22,054 bases of DNA from Candidatus Thorarchaeota archaeon (lineage in GTDB: Archaea; Asgardarchaeota; Thorarchaeia; Thorarchaeales; Thorarchaeaceae), in the NCBI GenBank assembly GCA_011364985.1, contig RDOC01000009.1:32407-54460 (forward strand). Direction: 5' to 3'. Position 1 is the first letter of the stretch, and every line of letters starts with the position of its first letter. The notes under the pieces are model-generated. The model saw nothing but the letters and a program-made list of their open reading frames with translations. It made no database searches and had not been told where the DNA came from. Position numbers and translations under genes: made by a program. Of the stretch, positions 1 through 8,460 are shown piece after piece.

Positions 1-33
1 GTCCGAAGTAGTAAAAACACTGAGTAGATAATT

Positions 34-41
34 AAGGAGGA
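34..41 (+). promoter_or_regulatory. Shine-Dalgarno site of PCNA gene
   Basis: AAGGAGGA ending 6 nt before ATG at 48. Confidence 0.7.
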
Positions 42-47
42 GCCGAA

Positions 48-836
48 ATGTTTCATGCAACGCTTGACAGTACGAAGACTTGGAAACAAATAGTAGATGC
101 TCTTGCGACATTACTCACAGAAGTTCATTTTGTGATATCAGAATCGGGAATGGCGTTGAGACAGCTGGATTCGTCCAAGGCTGCAATGGTAGACCTATTC
201 TTGCCAGCACCTAAAGAAGGAGATGTTTCTGTAGGGATTTTTCAGGAATACAATTGTGATGGGGAGCATGACATTTGTCTGGGAGTAGATGAACTCAACA
301 AGGTGACCAAGAGAATGGCTGGTGATGACCGCTTGGAATTCAATCTTGATACTGACAACAGGCGCTTCGAAATCAAAATGATTGGTCAATCAGAAAGGCA
401 GTTTAAGCTACAACTTCTGACTCCTCCTGAAGACAGAACGAAGAAACCAAAGCTCGCATTCAATGTTGAGGCCGAAGTATTTGCAGACGCTTTCAAACAA
501 GCTGTGAAGGATATTGGAGTAGTTTCTAGTCACGTTAGGATCTCCGCGAGAAATGATGCCATTAGCTTTAGTGGCGAGGGTGACACAGGCGAAGCGGAGG
601 TTTCCTTGAAATCTGGAGGAGAGGACCCAGTAGTATTCTCTCTCAAGATGAAGGAGGAATCATCATCCATGTATGCCTTGAGCTACCTCTCTGAGATTAC
701 AAAGGCAATGGCCTCTGATAGTCTCAGTATTCAATTCAGTACTGACAAACCAATTCATCTGGAATTCCCAATCGCTGAAACTGGGAATATCAGTTTCATC
801 CTAGCGCCAAGGGTCGAACGGAGAAGAATCGATTGA
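48..836 (+). CDS. pcn: DNA polymerase sliding clamp (PCNA)
   Basis: 262 aa; N-terminal MFHATL..WKQIVDALATLLTEVHF, LDSS..AMVDL, YALSYL, FSTDKPIHLEF and C-terminal FILAPRVE are PCNA hallmarks; lies upstream of priS and gins as in the conserved archaeal cluster. Confidence 0.96.
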   Translation: MFHATLDSTKTWKQIVDALATLLTEVHFVISESGMALRQLDSSKAAMVDLFLPAPKEGDVSVGIFQEYNCDGEHDICLGVDELNKVTKRMAGDDRLEFNLDTDNRRFEIKMIGQSERQFKLQLLTPPEDRTKKPKLAFNVEAEVFADAFKQAVKDIGVVSSHVRISARNDAISFSGEGDTGEAEVSLKSGGEDPVVFSLKMKEESSSMYALSYLSEITKAMASDSLSIQFSTDKPIHLEFPIAETGNISFILAPRVERRRID

Positions 837-954
837 AGCATCATCCCAGAAGAAAATGGGAAGCTTCCAGACAGTCGAGCCTTCTGCAAGATGCACTTCG
901 AATTCCTATTGATATGGAACAAATCCTCCTGAATATGATGGAGGGCTAAGTGAA

Positions 955-2385
955 ATGTCATATCAAGCTGAAGAAACTAGAAGCAAGTTCTTACGGCTCA
1001 TGTTTCACGAATATTATCGCAAGCATCGTGATACAATAGACCAACCTGACAAGATCCATACTCGGGAGTTTGGTATAGAGTCGTGGGACTATACTTGGCG
1101 ATGCCCTGAAAGAACCGAAATTGATGACTCTGGAATCAAAATAAAGCAAGGATGTGGAAGTCAAGGCATATCATTTGCAAGAATTGTGAAATGCCCGAAG
1201 TGCGGCTCCAAGGGACTACAAGTGAATAACTGGAAGCGTCATGTTGGATTTCGAACACAAAAGGCACTGATAGATGAATTGGTCATGTCTGCAGCGCATA
1301 GTGTTTACCATTCTGCGGCCTTCTACAAAATACCAGTAGCCAGAACCATGGATGAGAAGGAATGGCAGGGAGCTGAACTTGTGTTCGATATCGATGCAGA
1401 TCATTTGTCGTCCCCATGCTCAAAGGAACATGATGCGTGGAAATGCAATACGGCAGGATGCACAGAGAGTGGGATGGGAGCCCCCCCCATCGAGGGATGC
1501 CCGAAGTGTGGAGAAACCAATTTCAGTTCTAGAAAGTGGCTATGCGAAAAATGCCTTGATGATGCAAAACAAAGCACCCTGAGAGTCTATGACAAATTCA
1601 TAGTTGAGGATTTTGGGCTTGATCCTGAACTCATTCAGCTGAATTACAGTGGGCACAGAGGATATCATATCCGTGTCAAAGACCCACGCGTGTTCAAGCT
1701 CGATTCTAGGGGTAGAGTCGAAATCGTTCACTATATTACTGGTACAGGATTTCGAATTGTCCCAACCAAAGATGATTCTCTCCAGAACAGACACAGAGTG
1801 ATTATTATTGCACGGGATATGCCTCTTCCCACTAAAGAACTTGACCAATTCAACGTACCTGGTTGGGGTAACAGAGTAGCAGATGCAATGGTGGAGTTCA
1901 TTCGCAGTATCGAGTTGTACTCTGGCGACGAGAGATGGGCAAAACCTCTGAGAACTCATCGGGAAGAGGCGCTCAAAGGATTGCTTCGTACACCCCCTGT
2001 CCTAAGCGCAAACGTGAAAGGAGTTGGAGAGAAATCATGGCAGGAGATTGCTGTGAGAGCTGTAGAAGCATTTGGAGGAGAGATAGATGCCCCAGTGACT
2101 CATGACATCCATAGGATCATTCGACTAATTGGAAGTCTGAACGGAAAGACGGGATTCTCCGTGACTTCGCTCACTAGAGATACGATTAGTGAATTCAATC
2201 CATTGCGAGACTCGATCGCCATCACTGGAGAGACACTCAAGGTTGTCTTCCCTGAAAAGGGACTCATGGTACCCAAAATCAGAATAGGTGATGAAATATA
2301 TGGACCCTACCACGATGAAACGGTGGAATTGCCAATGGCAGCTGCTGTCTTCATGCTTTGCAAGGGGGTAGCAAAGATTGCCTGA
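955..2385 (+). CDS. priS: DNA primase small (catalytic) subunit with two inserted Zn-ribbons and a GINS-B-like C-terminal domain
   Basis: REFG, VYHSAAFY, W.GAELVFDIDAD (catalytic DxD), YSGHRGYH, D..RIIRL.GSLNGKTG motifs. Confidence 0.96.
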   Translation: MSYQAEETRSKFLRLMFHEYYRKHRDTIDQPDKIHTREFGIESWDYTWRCPERTEIDDSGIKIKQGCGSQGISFARIVKCPKCGSKGLQVNNWKRHVGFRTQKALIDELVMSAAHSVYHSAAFYKIPVARTMDEKEWQGAELVFDIDADHLSSPCSKEHDAWKCNTAGCTESGMGAPPIEGCPKCGETNFSSRKWLCEKCLDDAKQSTLRVYDKFIVEDFGLDPELIQLNYSGHRGYHIRVKDPRVFKLDSRGRVEIVHYITGTGFRIVPTKDDSLQNRHRVIIIARDMPLPTKELDQFNVPGWGNRVADAMVEFIRSIELYSGDERWAKPLRTHREEALKGLLRTPPVLSANVKGVGEKSWQEIAVRAVEAFGGEIDAPVTHDIHRIIRLIGSLNGKTGFSVTSLTRDTISEFNPLRDSIAITGETLKVVFPEKGLMVPKIRIGDEIYGPYHDETVELPMAAAVFMLCKGVAKIA

Positions 2386-2983
2386 TGAAATGTATGAAAG
2401 AGTTATGGAAACGTGGATGGCAGAGGTGCAACATGAGAATTTGCAAGACTTGGGAGATTTGCGCCTCAATGAAATGGCAAGATATCTCTCAAGTGTGCGT
2501 CATGCATTGACTGAAACAGAGTCCAATAATGAACTGCAGGCAGAGCTGTACACACAGGAAATTCTCAACCTCGAGTTCATGCTTAAGGACATGCTAATGC
2601 TTCGAAGAAGGAAGATAGTTAAGGCGGCAATCGAGCAGATGCGACCACTGGGGTCTATGGTGCTCTCCGAGGAGGACCTTTTCAATCGTTTTTCAAGGGA
2701 GATTGAGAAACATCTTGGATTTGTAGAGGAAACCATTGCTGGAACTCCTCAGGCAACGATAAAGAAGATGAAGGATGACATGCAGTCAGGAGAACCGCAA
2801 GAAACAGATTACATCCTCGTGAGATTTCTGCGTCCAATTGAGGATGCGTTCCTTGGAATCGACGAAGCGACGTACGGACCCTTCAAGAAGGAGGACTTGG
2901 CAACAATCCCTGCAGCCAACGCAAAAGCATGGCTCGAAAATGGAACTGTCGTTAGACTGACCACAGAAAAAGGAGGCCATTGA
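2378..2983 (+). CDS. gins15: GINS complex subunit, Gins15/Gins51 type (A-domain then B-domain)
   Basis: Helical N-domain with RRRKI and L..EE motifs; C-terminal beta domain ILVRFL..I...FLGID...YGPFKKEDLATIP..NA....G; overlaps priS stop. Start is TTG 2378 or ATG 2390. Confidence 0.9.
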   Translation: MPDEMYERVMETWMAEVQHENLQDLGDLRLNEMARYLSSVRHALTETESNNELQAELYTQEILNLEFMLKDMLMLRRRKIVKAAIEQMRPLGSMVLSEEDLFNRFSREIEKHLGFVEETIAGTPQATIKKMKDDMQSGEPQETDYILVRFLRPIEDAFLGIDEATYGPFKKEDLATIPAANAKAWLENGTVVRLTTEKGGH

Positions 2984-3280
2984 TTGGGTGAACAGCCTGA
3001 ATGGCAGACTGAGTTTGCACAAGTAATGCACTTGGTCAAGACAATCAAGAACGAGATGGATACTGATTATGAGAAGATCCAAGTCGCTCTCGCTGGCGTG
3101 TTGAGACTATTGAGTGGAGAGAAGACTCAGATACTCAAGGGTCTTGGTGGACGGCAAGAGGATTTGCAGAGATACATTCTGGAGCTCTTGTCTGAGATGC
3201 GAAAAAAATCAGCCAGACAACTGGATCACCTCTGCACCCAGCTCGATCATCTCTCCGACATAATACCAAGGAATGAATGA
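2984..3280 (+). CDS. Hypothetical all-helical protein, 98 aa
   Basis: TTG start directly after the gins stop, AGGAGG at 2971-2976, amphipathic helical pattern; no family recognised. Confidence 0.7.
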   Translation: MGEQPEWQTEFAQVMHLVKTIKNEMDTDYEKIQVALAGVLRLLSGEKTQILKGLGGRQEDLQRYILELLSEMRKKSARQLDHLCTQLDHLSDIIPRNE

Positions 3281-3318
3281 TAGAAAACTCTAAGAGCCTC
3301 CTTTGGTGAACGAGATTC

Positions 3319-3510
3319 ATGCGTCCAAGATCAGAGTGGGTTATCTATGCTGGAGTCATGGCTTGTATAGCCTTGGCGATAGTTGGCGGATTCTCATATC
3401 CACTCATTGAACAGGGGCCAATGGCAATCATCCTATTCGAGACTCCTGTTCTTATTGGCATGATTGCCATTTTCATTTTGATATACAAGATGGGACCCCC
3501 AGGTTCCTGA
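3319..3510 (+). CDS. Small membrane protein, two TM helices
   Basis: 63 aa with two hydrophobic stretches (WVIYAGVMACIALAIVGGF; PVLIGMIAIFILIY); GGTGA upstream. Confidence 0.65.
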   Translation: MRPRSEWVIYAGVMACIALAIVGGFSYPLIEQGPMAIILFETPVLIGMIAIFILIYKMGPPGS

Positions 3511-3539
3511 TCAGAACCAGCATGAAACATGTCGACTCT

Positions 3540-3553
3540 GCAAACTTTTAATA
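3540..3553 (+). promoter_or_regulatory. Putative BRE/TATA promoter of the hdr operon
   Basis: GCAAAC followed by TTTTAATA about 60 nt upstream of the hdrC ATG; the only AT-rich box in this spacer. Confidence 0.5.
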
Positions 3554-3613
3554 TGGGACGGAATTTCGCAGTCGTCACACACAGCAGGTCGTGTCATCGG
3601 TGGTGCATACGCT

Positions 3614-4156
3614 ATGACTGAAACTGAAGAGAGAACTGGCCCCCCTGAAACACTAATCGAGCCAATTGATATGTCCAAGTTGGACCCGAAGTTTCGTAAG
3701 GAGATCCATAGTATGCCTAATGCTGAGGAGTTGTCCGCATGTTTTGCATGTACAACTTGCACAGCAGCTTGTCCAATTGCTAATCAATGGAATTACAAGC
3801 CACATCAACTAATCCGTATGATCTTGCTTGGAATGAGGGAAGAAGTCCTCTCTAGCAAGGAGATCTGGGAATGCCTTACGTGCTTCCAGTGTCAGGAACG
3901 TTGTCCACAGAAGGTAAAAGTCACGGATATCTTCTTTGACTGCAAGAACTTGGCTGCAGAAGAAGGCATAATTCCCCCCAATGTCCTGGCCCTAGGAAAA
4001 TCCCTTATTGAAAAGGGACAGCTGTATGAAGTACTCAATGACTGGGAACGGGAGGACTTGGACCTTGAAGCAGAAGTCCCAGGTTTAAACACTGATACTA
4101 TAAAGGAGATACTCCGAGGAACTCGGACTGGTCGACTTGTGGGAGGCGAGAAGTGA
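3614..4156 (+). CDS. hdrC: Heterodisulfide reductase subunit C (2x[4Fe-4S])
   Basis: CFACTTCTAACP and IWECLTCFQCQERCPQ.V motifs; P..LIRM..LG.REEVL; followed by hdrB. Confidence 0.93.
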   Translation: MTETEERTGPPETLIEPIDMSKLDPKFRKEIHSMPNAEELSACFACTTCTAACPIANQWNYKPHQLIRMILLGMREEVLSSKEIWECLTCFQCQERCPQKVKVTDIFFDCKNLAAEEGIIPPNVLALGKSLIEKGQLYEVLNDWEREDLDLEAEVPGLNTDTIKEILRGTRTGRLVGGEK

Positions 4157-4157
4157 G

Positions 4158-5024
4158 ATGCCAAGCTATAATCTCTATATGGGATGTAGTGTTCCAGCGA
4201 ACTATCCGAATTATGAAGCCGCAATGGTCAGGGTTGCTGAAGCCTTGGGAATGGAATTGAACTACATGGAGGGCGTCGCCTGTTGTGGAAGTCCCAATCT
4301 ACGGGCGTTTGACTACTTTGGTTGGCTTGTTGTGAATGCAGGAACAATTGCAATTGCCGAGAAGAACGGATATGACATAGTTACACCCTGTAATGGCTGC
4401 TTTGGATCTCTCAAGGATGTTCTAACTCACTTGAAGCACCACAAAGAAGACCTTGAGAAAGTAAATGTAGAACTGAAGAAGCACGGACTTGAGATGAAGG
4501 GTACTGTCAAGGTACGCCATATTGTTGAAGCAATGTACACTGATATTGGTATTGAAGAGATTAGGAAGAAGATCATAAAGCCGCTGGATGGAGTGGGAAT
4601 TGCTATTCACTATGGCTGCCATCTTCTAAGGCCAATTGAGGTGACCGAGTTCAATCCCGAGGTTCTACAGAAGATGGTTGAGGTGACAGGCGCAGAGGTC
4701 ATTGATTATCCTCTCTGGAAGCAATGCTGTGGAGCAACCGTTCTTCCTGTCAACGAGGAGCTGGCCATTAGACTCGCTCGCGATAAGCTGAAGTCTATGA
4801 AAGAAGCTGGTGCCACTTTTGTGACGGTTGTCTGTCCTGCATGTGGAAATCAGTTGGACTTGCAGCAGATTGGGTTGAAAGATTCATACGGAGAAGTCTA
4901 TGATCTTCCAGTGCTTCTCTACCCCCAGATACTGGGACTGGCTATGGGTATGAATGAGGAAGCAGTTGGTTTGGAGATGAACCGAGTTCCTGCAGATCCC
5001 ATCTTGGAGCATTTGACTGAATGA
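4158..5024 (+). CDS. hdrB: Heterodisulfide reductase subunit B (two CCG domains)
   Basis: YMGC..ACCG..TPCNGCF and HYGCHLLRP..QCCGA..VCPACGNQLD; both CCG motifs complete. Start re-called at ATG 4158, 1 nt after the hdrC stop. Confidence 0.94.
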   Translation: MPSYNLYMGCSVPANYPNYEAAMVRVAEALGMELNYMEGVACCGSPNLRAFDYFGWLVVNAGTIAIAEKNGYDIVTPCNGCFGSLKDVLTHLKHHKEDLEKVNVELKKHGLEMKGTVKVRHIVEAMYTDIGIEEIRKKIIKPLDGVGIAIHYGCHLLRPIEVTEFNPEVLQKMVEVTGAEVIDYPLWKQCCGATVLPVNEELAIRLARDKLKSMKEAGATFVTVVCPACGNQLDLQQIGLKDSYGEVYDLPVLLYPQILGLAMGMNEEAVGLEMNRVPADPILEHLTE

Positions 5025-5037
5025 GGTGAATACGTTA

Positions 5038-6288
5038 ATGTCTGACCCAGTTCTGGTCATTGGTGCTGGTGTTGCCGGAATGACCGCCGCCGTTGAACTA
5101 GCAGATAATGGGGTGCAAGTGGTCCTCGTTGATCGCAAGTCGACCATTGGAGGCAATGCTCTCAACCTCTATAAGGCATTTCCAACAGATGATTGCTTCT
5201 ACTGCTTCGAAGGAAATCGATGGCGTCCTGGTATCCGCAAGTGCTTCTACCGAAGTGCCATGATAGACCAGCCAAATATCGAGTTAATGACAAACACAAT
5301 TATACAGGACATATCTGGTACGCCAAGCAAATTTACTGTGAAGCTGGTCATAGGACCACAATACGTGGACCCAAAGAAATGCATAATGTGTGGTCTATGT
5401 GTAGAGGTTTCTGAAGCGTTTGCCCTTGAATCACCTCAATGTCAACCTCAGGCGGTGACGTACGATCCAAGCAAGTTGGATGAGGGAGCGAAGAAAGCAG
5501 AACAGGACTGCCCCACTAAGGCAATCTCATTGGATGCCAATCCGTCGGAGAAGACAATTACAGTCTCGGATATTGTTCTGGCGACCGGCTATCATGAGAT
5601 GCAGCCAGTAGCTGTGGATGAATATGGATACGGCGTTCTGCAGAACGTAATCACTCAACTTGAACTGGCCCGGATTCTCGACCCAAATGGACCTTTGGGA
5701 GGTAGGCTTGTTCGTCCCTCCGACGGGAGAGAAGCGAAACGAATAATGATGATTCAATGTGTAGGAAGCAGAGATGAGAATTACTACCCTTTCTGTTCGA
5801 AGATATGCTGTGTCTTTGCTCTCAAGCATGCCAATATCATAGCTAACGAGCGTGCGGATGGAAGGGTCAGTGTCGTCTATATGGATATAAGAACTTACGA
5901 CCGCCATGAGAGATACTACCGCGAAGCGCGAGAAGCGGGAGTTGAGTTTGTCAGAGGAAGGATCAGTCGAGTAGTATCAACAGAAGATGATACTCTGGAG
6001 ATCACTGTCTATGACTCACTCTTGGACAAGTATCTCCGCTTTTCCATAGATCTGCTGGTGTTGTCATCGGCTCTGGAACCCCCCGAAGGCTTGGATGAGA
6101 TTATTAAGACACTTGGACTCAAAACAGCCAGCGGCTATGTCGGACCTGCAGATGCAGCATCTGAGGACGAAGTTGTTGTGGGAGAACATGTCTATGCATG
6201 TGGAGGAGTCTTGGGACCTGCAGAGATCCCTGAGAGTGTGAACCAAGCTAGAGCAGTGGTTAGCAAGATACTCCAAGGGAGGAAGTGA
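5038..6288 (+). CDS. hdrA: Short HdrA-like flavoprotein (QmoA-like architecture: no N-terminal domain, no C-terminal ferredoxin)
   Basis: VLVIGAGVAG FAD motif at the N-terminus, FPTDDCFYC, inserted ferredoxin CIMCGLC...CP, QCVGSRD..CSKICC, YMDIR. Start re-called at ATG 5038 with GAGGTGA at 5023-5029. Confidence 0.88.
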   Translation: MSDPVLVIGAGVAGMTAAVELADNGVQVVLVDRKSTIGGNALNLYKAFPTDDCFYCFEGNRWRPGIRKCFYRSAMIDQPNIELMTNTIIQDISGTPSKFTVKLVIGPQYVDPKKCIMCGLCVEVSEAFALESPQCQPQAVTYDPSKLDEGAKKAEQDCPTKAISLDANPSEKTITVSDIVLATGYHEMQPVAVDEYGYGVLQNVITQLELARILDPNGPLGGRLVRPSDGREAKRIMMIQCVGSRDENYYPFCSKICCVFALKHANIIANERADGRVSVVYMDIRTYDRHERYYREAREAGVEFVRGRISRVVSTEDDTLEITVYDSLLDKYLRFSIDLLVLSSALEPPEGLDEIIKTLGLKTASGYVGPADAASEDEVVVGEHVYACGGVLGPAEIPESVNQARAVVSKILQGRK

Positions 6289-6294
6289 TGATCA

Positions 6295-8460
6295 ATGGGA
6301 AACAAATCTTCGGTTCTCCTCTGCACATGCGGCAAGCAGCTGAAGCTTGATTTCGATTTTCTCAAGGTCCAGGTTTCGAAACTTGGCCTAGCAGATTCAG
6401 TTACTGTGCACGATCTTCTTTGTCAGGAAGAGGGACTTGCTACCATTGAAAACCTGATATCCAAGAATGACGGAAGAGTTGTTATTGCGGCCTGTACAAA
6501 CCAGAAGATACAACCTCGAATTGAGCAGTATCTGCGTGCAAACGGCAAGGATCCATCACTAATTACCTATGTGAACCTTCGCGAACATTCTGCTTGGGTT
6601 CATGAAGACCTCAAGGAAGCCTCTCGGAAAAGCCTAGACATGATTCGAGGCGCCCTTGCAAGATCTGCGAAAGCAGTTCCGCTTCAATTGGAGAAGAAGA
6701 ACATTAAGAATCACGTCACTGTGATTGGAGGAGGAATTGCGGGACTAGAGTCAGCATTGAACCTTTCAGCACTCGGCTACGAGGTGGTCATATTAGAAAA
6801 AGCCGGAACATTAGGAGGACATGTTCTCGATCTTCCTATGGTGGCCCCGACTGGCAAATCAGGAAAAGAGATTTTGAAAAGTCGATTGGATGCAGTGGAA
6901 GCGAACAGTGGAATCACGGTTGTCACTAATGCAATGGTCAAGTATGTCGAAGGTGAGATGGGTGACTTTCGGGTACACTATATTGTAGGGGACAGTGAAA
7001 AGAAGTCCGAAACTCTTACTTCAGCAATCGTTATGGCAACGGGCTTCAAGGAATTCAAGCCAACAATGATGGACGAGTACAGGTATGGCAAGAATCCTGA
7101 TGTACTTACGCAATTGGAGCTCTCAAAGATGCTCTCCTTAGGAGCGCTGACACGTCCATCCAATGGTGAGACTGTGAAAGAGATTGTAATGGTTCAATGT
7201 GTAGGCAGTAGAAATGAGAACTATAAACGAGACTGTAGCAAACTGTGTTGCACTTTTGCAATAGATAACTCGTTGGAAGTTCTCAAGATGAGCCCAGATG
7301 CAACTGTTAGAATCGTATACATGGACATCCGTGTCCCCTTTGAGAACGAGATGATCTACAAGGAGTCGAGAGAAAAGGGAGTTGACTATATTCGAGGAAG
7401 AATCAGTATGGTCTGGGAGGAGAATGGACAGACTAAGGTCCGTATATATGACTCATTAATGAACAAGTATATTGAAACCACACCGGACCTTTTGGTGCTT
7501 TCCACGGCAATACTACCCCCAGAGGGGATTACTGAGCTCTCTGAGACTATGGGCTATGCAGTCGAAGATGATGGACATATCAAGGATCTATATGGAAAAC
7601 TAAGGCGCACTGAAACACGCCGGAGAGGTATTGTAGCAGCAGGCGCCGTTACCAGACCTCAGTTTGTATTTGAGGCGGTCACTGATGCACAGGCCGCTGC
7701 CTTGGTTCTACATAACGAACTGCAGGGAGGGGTCATTCAGAAAATTGCACGAGGCGCAGTTCTCAACGTGGACGATTGTGTGGGTTGCAGTCTTTGTGCT
7801 CAGCAATGTCCACGAGGGGTTCCCTTGATGATTGAACAGGCTGAAGCAGAAGAGCTAGATGAAGACCAGAAGTTTCTCTTCAAAGCAGCAATTGATACAT
7901 TGAATTGTCATGCATGTGGTGTCTGCCAGAGTCTGTGTCCTTCTGGTGCTACTGAGTTGAACTTCCTAACAAATGAACAACTGTGGGATGAGATTGATGC
8001 TGTCCTAGAAGGGGCTGGTCCTGAAGAGCCAATCACACTCTGCTTCTACTGTGAGGAATGTGCTGTGTCCACCATTGACATCGTGGGCACGAGAAGAATT
8101 CAATACCCAAGCAACAACCGACTCATTCCAGTTCCCTGTGCAGGACGCGTTTCGATTATTGATATTCTTCGTGCTCTTGAGAAAGGGGCTAGTACTGTCA
8201 TGATAGCCGCCTGCGAAAAGGATCGTTGTCATGCTGGCGGAACTGGTAATGAGATTGCGCAAATACAGGTGGATGTTGCCCAAGACATTCTGAATGCCAT
8301 TGGTTGGAAAGAAAAGCGTGTTGAGATGTTCAGAATGTTCAGCGCTGAACCGGAACGTTTCATCAAGGCAATTGAGGAGATGACGGAGAGGGCTAAGAAA
8401 CTAGGACCAACTCCAGTTCATGACGGAACAGCCGGCAAATGGGTGGAGGTGACCAAATGA
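6295..8460 (+). CDS. hdrA: HdrA-MvhD fusion flavoprotein (QmoB-like architecture)
   Basis: N-terminal CTCG..LC..AACT..NLREH.AWVH domain, VIGGGIAG, QCVGSR..CSKLCC, C-terminal CVGCSLCAQQCP and CHACGVCQSLCP, then MvhD [2Fe-2S] domain FYCEEC..YP..VPCAGRV..AAC...CH...GN. Confidence 0.92.
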   Translation: MGNKSSVLLCTCGKQLKLDFDFLKVQVSKLGLADSVTVHDLLCQEEGLATIENLISKNDGRVVIAACTNQKIQPRIEQYLRANGKDPSLITYVNLREHSAWVHEDLKEASRKSLDMIRGALARSAKAVPLQLEKKNIKNHVTVIGGGIAGLESALNLSALGYEVVILEKAGTLGGHVLDLPMVAPTGKSGKEILKSRLDAVEANSGITVVTNAMVKYVEGEMGDFRVHYIVGDSEKKSETLTSAIVMATGFKEFKPTMMDEYRYGKNPDVLTQLELSKMLSLGALTRPSNGETVKEIVMVQCVGSRNENYKRDCSKLCCTFAIDNSLEVLKMSPDATVRIVYMDIRVPFENEMIYKESREKGVDYIRGRISMVWEENGQTKVRIYDSLMNKYIETTPDLLVLSTAILPPEGITELSETMGYAVEDDGHIKDLYGKLRRTETRRRGIVAAGAVTRPQFVFEAVTDAQAAALVLHNELQGGVIQKIARGAVLNVDDCVGCSLCAQQCPRGVPLMIEQAEAEELDEDQKFLFKAAIDTLNCHACGVCQSLCPSGATELNFLTNEQLWDEIDAVLEGAGPEEPITLCFYCEECAVSTIDIVGTRRIQYPSNNRLIPVPCAGRVSIIDILRALEKGASTVMIAACEKDRCHAGGTGNEIAQIQVDVAQDILNAIGWKEKRVEMFRMFSAEPERFIKAIEEMTERAKKLGPTPVHDGTAGKWVEVTK

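Noticed and set aside
2984-3280. PIP-box or PriX identity for the 98-aa protein
   Set aside because: No QxxLxxFF-like motif and no PriX features that I can recognise
6280-6300. hdrA1 and hdrA2 are in the same frame, separated only by TGA-TGA-TCA, suggesting selenocysteine readthrough into one giant HdrA
   Set aside because: Two consecutive UGAs at a domain boundary, not at a Cys-homologous position; hdrA2 starts with its own ATG and a normal HdrA N-terminus; no SECIS recognised
3614-8460. Selenocysteine in Hdr/MvhD subunits
   Set aside because: Positions that are Sec in some archaea (FPTxDCxxC, MvhD Cys ligands) are Cys codons here and the ORFs are uninterrupted
5038-8460. Naming the genes qmoA/qmoB and inferring sulfate reduction
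   Set aside because: Only the architecture matches; there is no aprAB, sat or qmoC in the window, and orthology needs a phylogeny
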